DNA from: Azolla caroliniana | Taxonomy: Eukaryota; Plantae; Polypodiophyta | Direction: 5' to 3' | NCBI GenBank assembly: GCA_043228905.1 | Contig: JBHGNT010000012.1 | Location: forward strand, 5,332,001-5,396,000 | DNA: 64,000 nucleotides | Shown here: positions 1-12,900 of the stretch, in pieces | Numbering within the stretch: position 1 is the first letter of the stretch | Layout of the letters: the number at the start of each line of letters is the position of its first letter | Program-made: the position numbers and the translations under genes | Notes under the pieces: model-generated | The model's database searches: none | Seen by the model: only the letters and a program-made list of their open reading frames with translations | What the model was told of the DNA's origin: nothing

Positions 1-152
1 ACACATCGTGGATGTTTTGATGCTTTCACTGGTTTGACCATTCAAACTGCAATAGGGGAGAATCACAATAATTGCACAAAAGCTTTTCCATTCTTTCTTC
101 TTGATTTGTATATCACAACTAAAACAGGATACACCAACCTTGAATGAATTAT

Positions 153-2864
153 TCAAGCTTTCACACCCCCATAAGGCATCGTCACCACATTCTCTTTCTT
201 AGGCTCCTTTCCTACTACATTATTTACATTCAAATCTTGAGCTAACTTCCCGGGTAGAAGAGGTTTCCTCTTCTTCAAAACATTATTATCATCTGGATGT
301 TTCGATCCAGTGTTCCATGCCTTTATGGGGTTAGAAGAGATTATTTCTGTAGGCTTCACAAAGCCACGTTCCTCATTCGATGGTTGCTGATCACATTCAT
401 CTTCACCAGAAATTTCTTGTTTATCGTAATTCACTATGTTTTGTCTTGTCGAAAGGTTCGGGAAACGATCTAGAATAGATACCTTTGTTGAGTAGTTTTT
501 AAAAATATTGAGCATCTCCAATCCTTGCCGATGGTTACAAATCTGAAATGATATTCAAAGAAAAAAACCTTAAGGGATATAATATTGAGCACGTAAACAA
601 ATAGTCAAAGGAGCAACATAAAGAGTATATAGTGAGCATCAGGCAAACCCCAACCAAGGAATTTCATTCAATCGTGGCATTTCATATTTGAGTGTTGGAA
701 CCTCAAATGTTTTCAAATTCTCTTTCTTTGGAAATTGTTTTTAAGCAACCTTTTGGAAAAAGATAATCTTTGCTTGTCCCAAACTAGTTTCAAGATTATA
801 TGGGACAATGGAATGTAAACGCGTCTAGGGAAAAAGACATAATGTACGAAGAGATAAACGAATAAGTGGAGAAACAGATAGCTAGCACTTAACCACAACG
901 AATAGCTACCTCTTGGGTGTCTCGGCTGCTAGTCACTGGTTTGTTCTCATTGTTCTGAAGTATAATCCTTCTCAGCTGAGAATTGGGCACATCTTTAATA
1001 ATGTGCCACTTCACAGGGAATGAGCCACACCACTTGTTACGATCCCAGAATTCCATTGTTTTTTTGAACTCCACAGATCCCACCATCTCTGCAACACCAC
1101 AAAACCGCCCACTCCCATTCACCTATTTGATCACATAAAAAACAGTTAAGTATGAGGTACTGTCCTTCAACCAAAACCATCCATGTGATAAAAGCATTAA
1201 AAATCCCTTTACTCACTGAGAAATAAAGGAACATGGGGCACTTATTGTTGTTCCCCTTTGCCAGCGCTCGTTCTTGGGATTCTTGGAAAGCTACATTCAG
1301 TTTGTGATTGCCACTAGGTGTACTCGACCACACACCATGTTCTATACTTCTAAAGACATTCTCTTCACTGAACGACTTGATCACAAAATGCTTCGCATCT
1401 CCTGAATCCAGAGAGAAATCCGACAAATTGGTATCCGGTCCCTTAGCAAGCTTTGCACTAGACACAGCAGTGTCAGAATCTGATCGTTCTTGATGATTCC
1501 TCAAAAGCACCTTCGAGGGGGTTTGTGTGACGGCCACATATTGAAATGCTCCCACTTGGGAAGGCCAAGCTTTCCTACTCAGCACTGATCCCGCAGACAC
1601 AACCCTCCGATATTGCTTCTTTCCATCATCACTAAATCCTTTAGTCTTTGTATCATGTCCACTCAGTGATGAAGAGACGCTTGATAGAACATGATCCCCC
1701 TCGAGTTTGGACTTGGACGAATGCGCATCTTCCTTCTCTTTAGTTTTCTCTGAATTCGTATTGTTCCACACAGGTGCAGATGCCCTTAGCAATCTCTGGG
1801 GATTGTAAGTGAATGCAACTTGAGGCAGTACATTATCACAGACATTATCCAACTCAATTGCATAACCACTACCATGGTCCTGTAATATGACCGGTAACTG
1901 GTCGGTGTTTGTATATGCTGTATACGCACCACCATATTGCTCAGGCGAAGCCATTTGGTAGAAATTGTAAGGATATAAAGGTACATAGCCATTGGGTTGG
2001 GGTACGTAAGGTATTCCTGTGGGTATATTACACCCATATGGAGGTTGAATATGTACATAATTGTAATCTACAGCCTGCTGAGATGAAGGAAAAAAAATGG
2101 AAGAATCAGAAACTCTGCTATAAACAAGAGAAATGTTCTATGGAAAGTGAAGAGTAGAACAGACGTGTAAGAATTTCAATAGAAAAGTAATCAAGAAGAA
2201 CAAGAAAGACCCAACACAAGAAGTAAAGAGTTGACAGATAAAACCCACCAGATTGTGGTAGTATACACCATCTGTAGGAGTGTAAGGAACATAAGAAGCC
2301 AGGCCGGGAGCAGGATAACCTGCAGAAAAGAAGCAGTTTTTTCAGATCTACGGCCAGTATTAGCTAATCATTACCTAATCCTGCCGATGACAAAATAAAT
2401 TATCCAATTCAAGGCAAAAATAAACATAAGAAAACTGATATTTTTTATACAAAATAGGGAGAGATATACCTGTATATACAGGCATAGAAGGATCACTGAT
2501 GGTATGCACCTCCATAGAAGAATTCAATCGATCCAATCCTTCTATGGAGAAGCCTTCTCTCTCGTTTGAACAAGCTATGGCTTCCCTCTGATCTCCGACA
2601 TATTCATTGACTACAGGATGAATCCGGCCGGTCTCCTCCTTCAGAGGGAGCTTCTTGTCCTCTTCTCTAACCTCATCTATCTGCACGTGGCCCATGGAGA
2701 GACTCTTTAACGTCAGTACATCTTCGTAAAGGCAATAGAAAGCAGAAAGGAGGAGAAAGAAACAGAAAATTTACCTGTTCTATCTCACAGTACGAAGCGA
2801 GATCGAGCTTAGATCCCTTCACGTTCAGTGTTTGCTCTGCGTTTTGCTCCAAAAGGATGGCCAT
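153..2864 (-). CDS. YTH-domain m6A-binding protein (plant ECT / YTHDF-type), 6 coding exons, about 611 aa
   Basis: Exons 2864-2775, 2680-2470, 2319-2249, 2077(or 2074)-1217, 1122-910 and 542-153 all have GT-AG junctions, and phases join into one frame. YTH motifs: HFVIKSFSEENVFRSIEHGVWSST, FLYFSVNGSGRFCGVAEM, FWDRNKWCGSFPVKWHIIKDVPN, ENKPVTSSRDTQE. The N-terminal region is Y/P/Q-rich, as in ECT/YTHDF proteins. Confidence 0.93.
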
Positions 2865-2878
2865 AGCTTTCTCTATCT

Positions 2879-3471
2879 CTGTGGAGATTATATAAGAAGG
2901 AGGCACAGATCTGGGGAAGAAGAAGAAGAAGAGAGTGAGGATAAAAGCAGGTCTTCCAAAAAAGAAAACACACCAGAAGAAGAAGTGGAAGGAAGCAAGA
3001 GAAACTCTAGAGCCTGATGAAACCCTAATGTGGTATGTATGGCTTCTTTATTAGGTCAAGGATATAACCGACCTAAAAAGGATTAGATTACTAGTAAAGC
3101 AAAGAGACCTAAAAAGGATTAAATTACTGGTAAAGCAGGGAGACCTAAAAAGGATTAGATTAATAGTAAATCGGGGAGACGAAGAAGCTCTTCTTTTCTA
3201 TCTTTTTCAAACTCTTGCTTCCTTCTCTATCTTTTCTGACTGTATTCCTTTGATGGATGGATGGATGGATGGATGGATGGATTTCTTATTATCATTGAAA
3301 GGCGAAGAAGAAAAAGGAGGAGAAGGAAGCCGTGGGAGAGACGACAAGCACACACGCACACACACAGAGAGGAGGAGGACAGAGACACGCAGGCAAAGCA
3401 GACTGCAGAAAAACCAGAAAAGACAGAAAGAACCAAAAAAGAAAAGAAAAGAAAAGAAAGAAACTCCATAC
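2879..3471 (-). other. Probable 5'-UTR intron of the YTH gene with CT-rich, (CCAT)n and (GT)n microsatellites
   Basis: Minus-strand donor GG|GTATGG at 3471 and pyrimidine-rich acceptor ...ctccacag at 2879, 14 nt before the ATG. Confidence 0.5.
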
Positions 3472-3693
3472 CCCACTTTCTCGGATCCTTCCTTCCTTCC
3501 TTTCGGTCTGATTTTTCTGTGCGAATCTGATCGATCGATAGATCTGATTCTTTTTTTTTTTCTCGATCTCCTTTTGTTAGCCTGAGATTTCTGGCGGTGG
3601 AGAAGAAGATGTGAAATCTTCGGATTTGAACCCATGACCTTGATTGAGCTTTCCACCCAAGAAGAGCTTGTTTGTTAAACCTAGTATTTGGCG

Positions 3694-3949
3694 TACATAG
3701 AATCGCAACGGTTCAGCTTCGGCTTTTAACCGGTTTGGCCTCCAAGCTCGGGGAGTTTCCAAACCTGTACCGGTTTAGCCAAGCCGATTAAGCCTTAACC
3801 GGAGTTCGGTTCGGCTTGAGCCATCCCAAACCAAGCTCAAACCAGTTAAGTAAGTTCAAGCCTAAACCAAACCAAATTGAACCACCAAACCATTTTTAAA
3901 TGGTTTAACAGTTTGGTTTAGGCTTGAGTTGAGCCGTTGCCGATTCCTA
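3694..3949. mobile_element. hAT-type MITE upstream of the YTH gene
   Basis: Imperfect TIRs (tagaatcgcaacggttcagc / gttgagccgttgccgattccta), 8-bp flanking repeat ATTTGGCG (3686-3693, 3950-3957), internal AACCG/CGGTT repeats. Confidence 0.65.
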
Positions 3950-4526
3950 ATTTGGCGTGCCCTAACTACGTCAAAGTTCGATGAAACTAACGCGTGTAGC
4001 AAAGAGAGAGAGAGAGATGGAAAGAGGCCGAGAATTCATCCATGTCTTCGTATGTGAGAGAGCAAGCAAGGCACACACACACTCACTCACGCACTCACGC
4101 ATAGTGATCGGATACAATGCCAAACATTGATTCCTTGCATGCTGAGCTACTTAAAACCCCATACTTTCGGGTCACTATTTTCGCAACCTTGGGGCAAGGC
4201 ACGCTTGAGAAGCCCAGAGGTCAACCATTCGAATGCACTTAGTCGAGAACGTCTACTTTAGTATACGAAAATAAATATGGCCAAGGAGACGATTGCATTC
4301 GCCCTGTGGGAGAAATTACAATCAGTATACCAAAATAAGTCGTGCTCGTCAAAACTCATCCTAATTCGGCAATTGTTCAATATGAAGATGAGGGAAACCG
4401 AGCAGGCAACCTCCCATATCAACACCTTCAACAGGGTGTTGACCGAACTCTCCTCGCAATGCTTGAATCTCAAAGAAGAAATCAAAGCACTTGCACTTCT
4501 CTCAAGTCTCCCGACGAGTTGGAAAG

Positions 4527-7500
4527 TGTAAAGAATCCGGTATGATTCTTGTGTAGTGGAAGAGATGTGTGTTATGTGTATGTGTGAGACAAATTAGAGG
4601 AGAGATTAGAGAACACAAGATAGATAGAAAAAGGAATACTCAAGAAGAAGGTGTATATTTCGCAAGTAAAATAAGAACTACAAAAATGTAGCCTTACAAG
4701 GAGTCACAACCGACTTAGTATGAAGTGTGAGGATGGTGCTTTATATATAGTCACCCTCTCTCTTCATTAACTAACTACAACAACCACTCTCTCTCTTGGG
4801 GAATATGTAACTCATTAGTCATGTGTCATAGAATATGATTCTATGGCACATAGTTAATGTGTAGAGAGTAGTGGTGTGACTCTTGACCTTTAAGTAATCA
4901 TAGATTCTCAAAAGGTGTGTTCACACGTTGCACTTATGTTGAGCTTGATTCTCAACACGCCCCCTCAAGCTCAACTCGGGTCGGTTCCTTTTGATTGATG
5001 TCCGCTTCGGTTGGTATCCGGTTCGGATGATCTCCGATGTCCGCTTCAGCTCGTACCCGGTTCGGACGGTATCCGGTTCTCGCTTGTACTCCCCCTCAAG
5101 CTTGGAAGTCAAGGATCGTCAATCTGAGGTCAGACATGAATTGCCAAAGCTTGTCGGCTCCTAGGGCCTTGGTGAAGATGTCGGTTGTCTAAAGATTCGT
5201 GTTGATGTGTAGAAGATCGACATCTCTGGCCTAATCACGCCCTCGAATGAAGTGATAGTGCACTTCGATATGCTTTGTGCATGCGTGGAACACCGTGTTC
5301 CGAGCCAGATATATATTGTTCATGTTGTTGCAGTAAATGGGAGTTGGATCCTTGATGGGAACGCCCAAATCCTTTAAAATCCTCTTGAGCCATATGACTT
5401 CACATGCAACTACGGTCGTGCCCCTGTATTCGGCCTCCGTACTCGAAAGTATGAAAGTAGGGTGCTTCTTACTACTCCAAGATATTGCTCCGCTACCGAG
5501 CGAGAAGAAAAATCCGGAGGTCGATCATCGATCAACTTTGTAGCCTGCCCAATCCGTGTCTGTGTACCCTTCGAGTCGTATTGGTGTGGCCAATGTGTAG
5601 AGAACGTCGTGATCCATTGTGTCGCTCACGTATCGTAATACTCGCTTAGCGCAATCGAAATGGATATCTCATGGAGTTTGCATGAATTGGCTAAGGAGTC
5701 TGACTGGATAGCTAAGGTCGGGTTGAGTGATCGTGAGATAGATGAGGCTCCCGATCAGTTGACGATAGTGGGTTGGCTCGCACTCGTTTGTGCCAGAGTC
5801 AGCATCTAGTTTGAGGTTTCGATCAAGAGGTGTTGCGACCAATTTGCACTCAGTCATCCCGAACTTGTATAAAAAGTTGAGGATGTAGTGTCGTTGAGTG
5901 ATCATAATGCTAGTCGGAATCCGAATTACTTCAATGCCAAGGAAGTAATGGAGCTCCTTCATGTCCCTCATCTCGAATTTTCAGAAGAGGAGGGACTTGA
6001 CCTTGTTGATGTCGACTAGACTTTCACCTCAAATGACCAGATCATCCACGTATAGGATGATGACAATTAGGCTCTAGAGTCGTGTCATACGTCGAGGGAG
6101 TTGTAGGATTTCGACATTCGAAAGTCGATTTGATGAAGATATTGTGTAATCTTCGAATGCCAAGCACGCGGTGCTTGCTTGAGGCTATAGAGTGGCTTCT
6201 TGAGTCAGCACACGGCTTTCGGATGAGTATGCGATTTGAAGCCGGGTGGTTGTAACATGTACACCCCCTCTTCTAATTCGCCTTGAAGAAAGGTGTTCTT
6301 GACTTCCATTTGATGGAGGTGCCACCCTTTTGCCGTTGCAAGTGCGATCACGGTCCGCACTGTCGTCATCTTTGCCACCGGGGCAAAGGTCTCTTCATAG
6401 TCGACTCCATGCGTTTGTGTGTATCCTTTCGCTATGAGTTGAGCTTTGTAGCGGTTGACGAAGCCGTCGGCATTATACTTCACCTTGTAGATCCATCTGC
6501 AGCCAATTGCCTTCTTGTGCGGTGAGTGGGGAACGAGATCCCATGTCTCGTTCTTGCATAGTGCACACATCTCCTCGTTCATTACTTCGATCCATCGCGG
6601 GTCCTTCGCGGTTTCGGAAAAGGTTTCCGGCTCCCATACTGTTGCCACCTTCATCATAAATGCGTAATGGTACGCCATGTACTCACCGAAGCCAAATCAG
6701 CTTACGGGGTTCTTTTTCACGGGTGGATCGGCGGAGCTTCTCGTTTGCGGATTCTAAGGCTTTCTTCACTCCATTTGTTCGGATGTCATGGCCTTTGAAC
6801 TCACTATTGAGGGAGTGAGTCGATTCGATGCCATCAAAATGATCGTCTTCATACTCCGGCATTTTTGCCTTCCCTTTGTCCAGCTTCGGACTTGGCCGAG
6901 ATATGCTTTGATCGCTTGGGGGCTCTTGTGGCCCACTAAGCCTTGTCGTAATTGGGCTTTCTTCGAACATGTGCGTGAGCCGATCTTCGGCTTCTATCTC
7001 TATTTCGGCGGAATCCAGGTCGAGTGGAATCGAAGTCGAAGATGTCTCTGGTGTGTACCAAGATGCGGACTCGTCGAAAACAACGCCTCGACTTACTCGA
7101 GATTGTCGAGTGGAATCGAAGTCGAAGATGTCTCTGGTGTGTACCAAGATGCGGACTCGTCGAAAACAACGCCTCGACTTACTCGAGATTGTCGAGTTGA
7201 GGGGTTATAGCACTTGTACCCCTTTTGGTCCAGTGAGTATCCTACGAGGATACATTTCTCTGACTTCGGGTCAAGCTTTTGTCGCTTCTCGTCGGGGATG
7301 TGCACGTACGCAATGGAGCCGAATATCCGAACATGTGATAGGTCCGACTTCTTTCCGAAAAACTTCTCGTGCCGAGTAAGTTCGTGCACACCCGATGTCG
7401 TACACCGATTCATGAGGTATACGATTGTGTTAGCCGCTTCTGCCCAATACGACTTCGGCACGTGCTTTTCGTTCATCATGGCTCGTGCTTCTTCGAGGAT

Positions 7501-9485
7501 ATGCCGATTCTTTCGTTCGGCCACTCGGTTTTGTTGTGGCGTATGTCGACATGAGAACTCTCGCCGAATTCCTTCTTTCCGTAGATACGTCGCCGTAAAC
7601 TCATCCGAGAAATATTCCTTGCCTCCATCCGATCGAAGGCACCGTATGGCTGATGGAGACCAAATTCTTTGTGATAGTTGGTACATGCAAGACATTTTTA
7701 ATGTAAGTTTGCTTACCTTCTTCTCCGAATGGAACATTGCCGATGTGCCGAATCGGATGCGTAGTGTCGTCTCCGGTTTCGACATAGCCGAGTCGTTCTG
7801 GCTCTCAAAGTTCTCGGAACCATTCTTGATGAGACGTCATATGGTTCGAGGCACCGAAGTCAACGAACCATACGTCTTCCGAACCTAAGGCACTAGTTGA
7901 AGTAGAAGCCGGCATAGAATTTGCTCTATGTCTCATCACGAATATTCCGCCACGATCGTCATAGTCGGAGTTGGTGGCGTAGTTGGTGAGTTGTCGGCTA
8001 GTGGAAGCCGACTCGCGTATCTTCTTACGACATTCTTCTTCATGGTGACTGATTTTTCCGCAATATCCGCATTCGACCGAGTTTTGTCGGCTTGGACCAG
8101 AATGGAAGCTCCCCCTTCTTTCGAAGGTTCCTCGATGGCTTCCGTCTTGATGCCGAAATTGCGAGTTGTTTTCGTAAGTCGGGCCTCATCCGCCTCGTCC
8201 TTGGCCGAATCAGCCTCTTCTTGCACGGTCGCGTCCTCTTCCTCTGTCCGAATGCGTGTAGAGCAGGTGGCCTTCTGAGGTGTTGCTCCTTGTTCGAACA
8301 TGATTTTCTTCGATCAACAACATGGATTGAAGATTGAAGAAGGAGGGTAGATTCTCTCGTGTGAGTATGACGGTCCGCATCACGCCGAACCGTGGTGCAA
8401 GGCCGTCGAGGCATATTTGCACCATTCCTTCATCCTCCACATTGATGCTTATCGAGCTGAGTGCATCACAAAGCTCCTTGATCTTCAAGGTGTAGCTTGT
8501 GATGGACATATCCCGTTGTTAGATGTTGTTCAACTCTTGGCGAAGTTGAAGCATTCTCGTGGTTGTGTTGGTGGCAAAAATCTTTCGTAGATTCTCCCAT
8601 GCTTCCTTTGGTGTTTCGGCTTCTCGAATGTAGCCGACCATGTGGTCATGAACACATGTCGCCAAGCAATACATCACTCGGCTTGCCGAATGCTCCCAAG
8701 TTGCATAGTCGGCATCTTTCGAGTTGGGTCGGTTTTCTTGTGCTCCCTTGATGTAACCCCAATAGCCTTGGCCGACAAGGTATTGGTGCATCTTGAAGTT
8801 GTACTCCCAAGATGCGAAGTTGTTTCGGTCCAACTTCTCGCAAGGGAGAGCGCTCCCCATTTGAGTATTCATTGTTGATTAAGCTTCCTTTCTTCTTTTC
8901 CTTCTCTCTCGAACACGAGCTATGTAGTGGTACTACGATAGCGATGAGCCGGTTCTTCTTGAACGTTGGCGTAGAGCACAACACACGATCACGATGAGGC
9001 GAGTGGGCTAGATCGAGCTACCAAATCACTCTGATACCATGTAAAGAATCGGGTATGATTCTTGTGTGACGGAAGAGATGTGTATGTGTGAGACGAATTA
9101 GAGGAGAGATTAGAGAACACAAGATAGATAGAAAAAGGAATACTCAAGAAGAAGGTGTATATTACGCAAGTAAAATAAGAATTACAAAAATGTAGCATAA
9201 CAAGGAGTCACAACCGACTTAGTATGAAGTGTGAGGATGGTGCTTTATATATAGTCACTCTCTCTCTTCATTAACTAACTACAACAACCACTCTCTCTCT
9301 TAGGGAATGTGAAGACTCATAGTCATGGGGAATATGTAACTCATTAGTTATGTGTCATAGAATATAATTCAATGACACATAGGCAACGCGTAGAGAGTAG
9401 TGGTGTGATTCTTGACCTTTGAGTAATCATAGATTCTCAAAAGGTGTGTTCACACGTTGCACTATGTTGAGCTTGATTCTCAACA
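4527..9485 (-). mobile_element. Ty1/Copia element B with both LTRs, internally deleted and degenerate
   Basis: LTRs 4527-4957 and 9040-9485 (TG..CA), TSD GAAAG (4522-4526, 9486-9490), PBS TGGTATCAGAG (tRNA-iMet) at 9039-9029, PPT next to 4958. Fragments of gag, protease, integrase (RCLRSDGGKEY), RT and RNase H. Confidence 0.95.
7020..7197. repeat. 86-bp tandem duplication within the Copia B integrase C-terminus
   Basis: gagtggaatcgaagtcgaagatg... recurs at an 86-bp period, with TCGAGT microhomology at the junctions. Confidence 0.9.
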
Positions 9486-9953
9486 GAAAGTTTTTTGTAC
9501 AACCATCACCAATAGCTTGTTGACGCTAATGTTGGACAAAGTGATCGAGGAAGTCTTGTCGTAGGAGCTTCGAAGGAAATCGATGGGCCTCACCATCGAT
9601 GATTATTATGGGCATGACCATATAATAATATCCCGTGGTAAGATTGTACCGTAGTATTCTATACACGTGGATAAAGTGTGAGGGTTAAACGAGAGTGTAA
9701 AGAAGGGAAAGATTACTTTGTCGAGTGACTTAAAGCCGCTAGACTTTTACATCCCTTGGAAATTCCCAACCATAAGTGGGAAAGTATCCATGGATTTTAT
9801 TGTTAGCCTTCATCACACCTAAAAATGCCATGATGTCATGTGGGTTGTGGTTGATAGACTAACTAAAATGGCTAGATTTATTGCTACTAAAACCACGATA
9901 ATAGCTCTTGAATTGGTTTACCAATTCGTTGATGAGTTATTTCGTTTTTACGG

Positions 9954-12900
9954 TGTCGTGAAGATTTCCGGCTACGGTGTGAAACCGGGGGTGAAAAGTG
10001 TTAGGAAACAGGTCCCTCCGGATGGGAAGTGAGAAGAACTGGGTTGATGAGCAACTTGGCCGAATCCGGAAATCGTGGAGATAGCCAACATGGAAGGCTA
10101 AACTTGTAAATAGTCGAAAGGTATATAAGTACTTAGGGCAATCATGTTAGACATCTGCATTGTTGTAAAGTTACTGTTGATGAGGTTGTTGCCTCCGTAA
10201 CTGTGAGAGTGAACGAGTGTGAGTGGAAGCGTGTGAGCTCCATAGCTGCCTGTTGGCGAAGCAGGATCTCGAGGTCGTTGCCTCTGAGATCTCTGATTGT
10301 ATTCCTTTCTCTCATAGTGTTCTGTTCGGAGTTTGTGGACTCCACGTGGTTTTTCCCAGTTCGGGTTTCCACGTTAAAATCTGTGTCATTCTCAGTTTCT
10401 GTATTCTGTTTTTACTTTCCATTACATTGACTATTATTCTGCACACGTACAACCGGTTGTGGTCGGCAACGATTTTAACTTCAAAAAGGGCAAATCGGTG
10501 GTGTGCAACATGTGCACATGTATAGTAGGGAAACGGTGTATAGAATAAGGGGGAGTATTGATCCCACATTGTAACGTCTCTCCCTCAGGCTATAAAAGGA
10601 AGGGAGGGGTCTCTTGTAAGGGGTTGCCCATTTTGAGTCGTAAGGGTATACCATTTTGTAGAGGGTTGTTTTGTTAAGAATTTCTAGGGTTAGTAACTGT
10701 CTTGTGGTCTCTTCTCCTTCTTGAGAAGCTGGGTGTAGTAGCCATGGCGGCAAAGCTTTGTTAGGGTTAACGTCTTTTTTTCTGAGCGTAGCTCGGCTCG
10801 AAGCCGGGGTTGTATCTTTCCTTTGTAATATATACGCTTGTATCTGTCTGTGCATATTGGTGTATTCGGTGGTGTTGGGAGCATAGCCCTTCGTTCCCTG
10901 TGCATAAGGGTCGGTGTCGTGCGCACACTCTCTCTCTCGTGTTCGGTTGCCTCTAGGTTGTGTCCGGAGTCGGTTTTCTTGGCATCCCTTTTTCCCTCGT
11001 TCGAGACCCCCGTGGTCCCGCCCCTTTCTACACACACGCATGTTATAACGCGACATATTTGGTGAACCCGACACGAAAGGGCGGCAAGGGAGAATGGAGT
11101 TGGAAGAAGACGACTTCGCGCAACTTTTTGTTGAAGTGGTGAGGGAGTTTGGACGAGCAACGACAAGAAGAGAGACAGCGCAGCAAGCTGTTGAGCGAGT
11201 GGTCGAAAGAGTCGGCCGTTGCAACAGGGACAAGGTCCCATTCTACTTGGAAGCCTACAATGTGGAAATGGAGGAGTGAGATGTAGACGAGGCGTTGAGG
11301 CTGGAGTTCTTCTGTCAGGGTCATCGTCGTCCCTATGCACGCGGAAGTGAAAGAGCTCCGAGAAGCTCATAGTTCGTGGGAGGCCTTAGAAGAGGCGCTC
11401 CTGCAGGCATATGGAGGATGACGGAAGAGCCGGGGACGACACGGCTTCGACCAGTGGGTGGCATCAGCAAAGACCTACCGGGGCGCAACGAAGGCATTCC
11501 GAGAGATCGAGCGACGGCTTGCTCGGCTCCCAGAGAACAAGGTTTGGTGGGGGCGGACAAAGTCCTGTTGTTCGGTAAGTCGATCGACTGAGTGGAATGG
11601 GAGGCCATCGGGATTGAGCTCGAAGACGAGGACAAAGCAAATGACTAGTCGAAGGTCGGAAGGGTATGCCAATGGCTAGATGACGAGCGGGCCGAGAAGG
11701 CTAGGAGGAAGGCGTGCGACAGCGTGCCATCACAACGGCAAAGAGAGTCAGCAAGGCTCGGCTTCGGGGCCAGGTTTGCGAAGGCGTATGCAGCTCTCGA
11801 GGCGATGCTCGAAGCAGAGGAAAGAATGAGGCCGCAAGCTGACGCCGAGGAGACGGACTTGCCCCATGAGATGGCAGGAGATTGGTACGACGGTACCACG
11901 GGAGAGGGTATGGAACAAAACGCCCTCTCGGCTTGCGGAGACGGAACGGCCAAGGACAAGGCCGAGATACCGATCGCAGAATCAAAACGTTGGGACCGGC
12001 GGTTTCGGGCACGTCATCCCGAAACTCCGGACATTGGGGAAGCAAGCCCAGGCGGGGCTTGCGTGATCGGTAAGGAGTCGACCACCGACTATGAGGAGCT
12101 GGTGGCTACGGACAAAGGTGCAAATATGACAGGCGATTCTACGCGTCTTCCCACACTTGCTCCCGAGACGATGGCATTCGGGCCCGAGTGCCCGCGTGAC
12201 TCCCAAGAGGAGGAAGGCGGAGGCGAGAGACCGAGAATCACCGACGAGACGATACGGGGGAGGAACAAACAAGAGCCTTCGGGACCGATTCCGGAGAACT
12301 TGGCATTCAGGCCCTTACGCCCATGTGAGATCGAGGAGATGGATGACGGTATCGAGGAGTCCTGGCACGATGCCATCGAAGATGGATGGGAAATGGCCCG
12401 CGAGAAGGTCGACGAGGAGACCAAGAAACGACCCGACCGGGGACCGAACCGTGCGGCACTCCGATTCGGTTGGAGCGCGATCCGGTCGTGGATTGTTCGA
12501 CCGGGGCCAGAATCAACATGAAGGTGACGATATGGAAGAGGGTGTGGAACGAGCCACCCTCTTTTACATGGGGAGAAAAGCCGACCGAGCGAAGGTCGGG
12601 AATTAGAGGGAGGTGATCAAAGGTTCGGAAAGCATTTGGCAAGATCGGCATCGGAGCTGAAACTCCAAACATTGGAGAATCAAGCCCAGCCGGGGCTTGA
12701 TTGATCATAGAGCGGATGCTTTCCACCGACACCACTAAAAGGGTTGGTGGCCCGAATGAGTCGTCGGGAGTCATTACGAAATCGGTGTCCCCACATCTTG
12801 ACCGGAGACTTTGACAGTTTGGCCGGCGTGGCAACGTGAGACCGAAAGAGAAGGGAGATGGAGGCGGGAGCACGGTAAGGTTAGCAATGACGAGTTCGAG

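Noticed and set aside
3207-3656. ORFs of 80-149 aa on both strands
   Set aside because: Products of microsatellite/low-complexity UTR-intron sequence.
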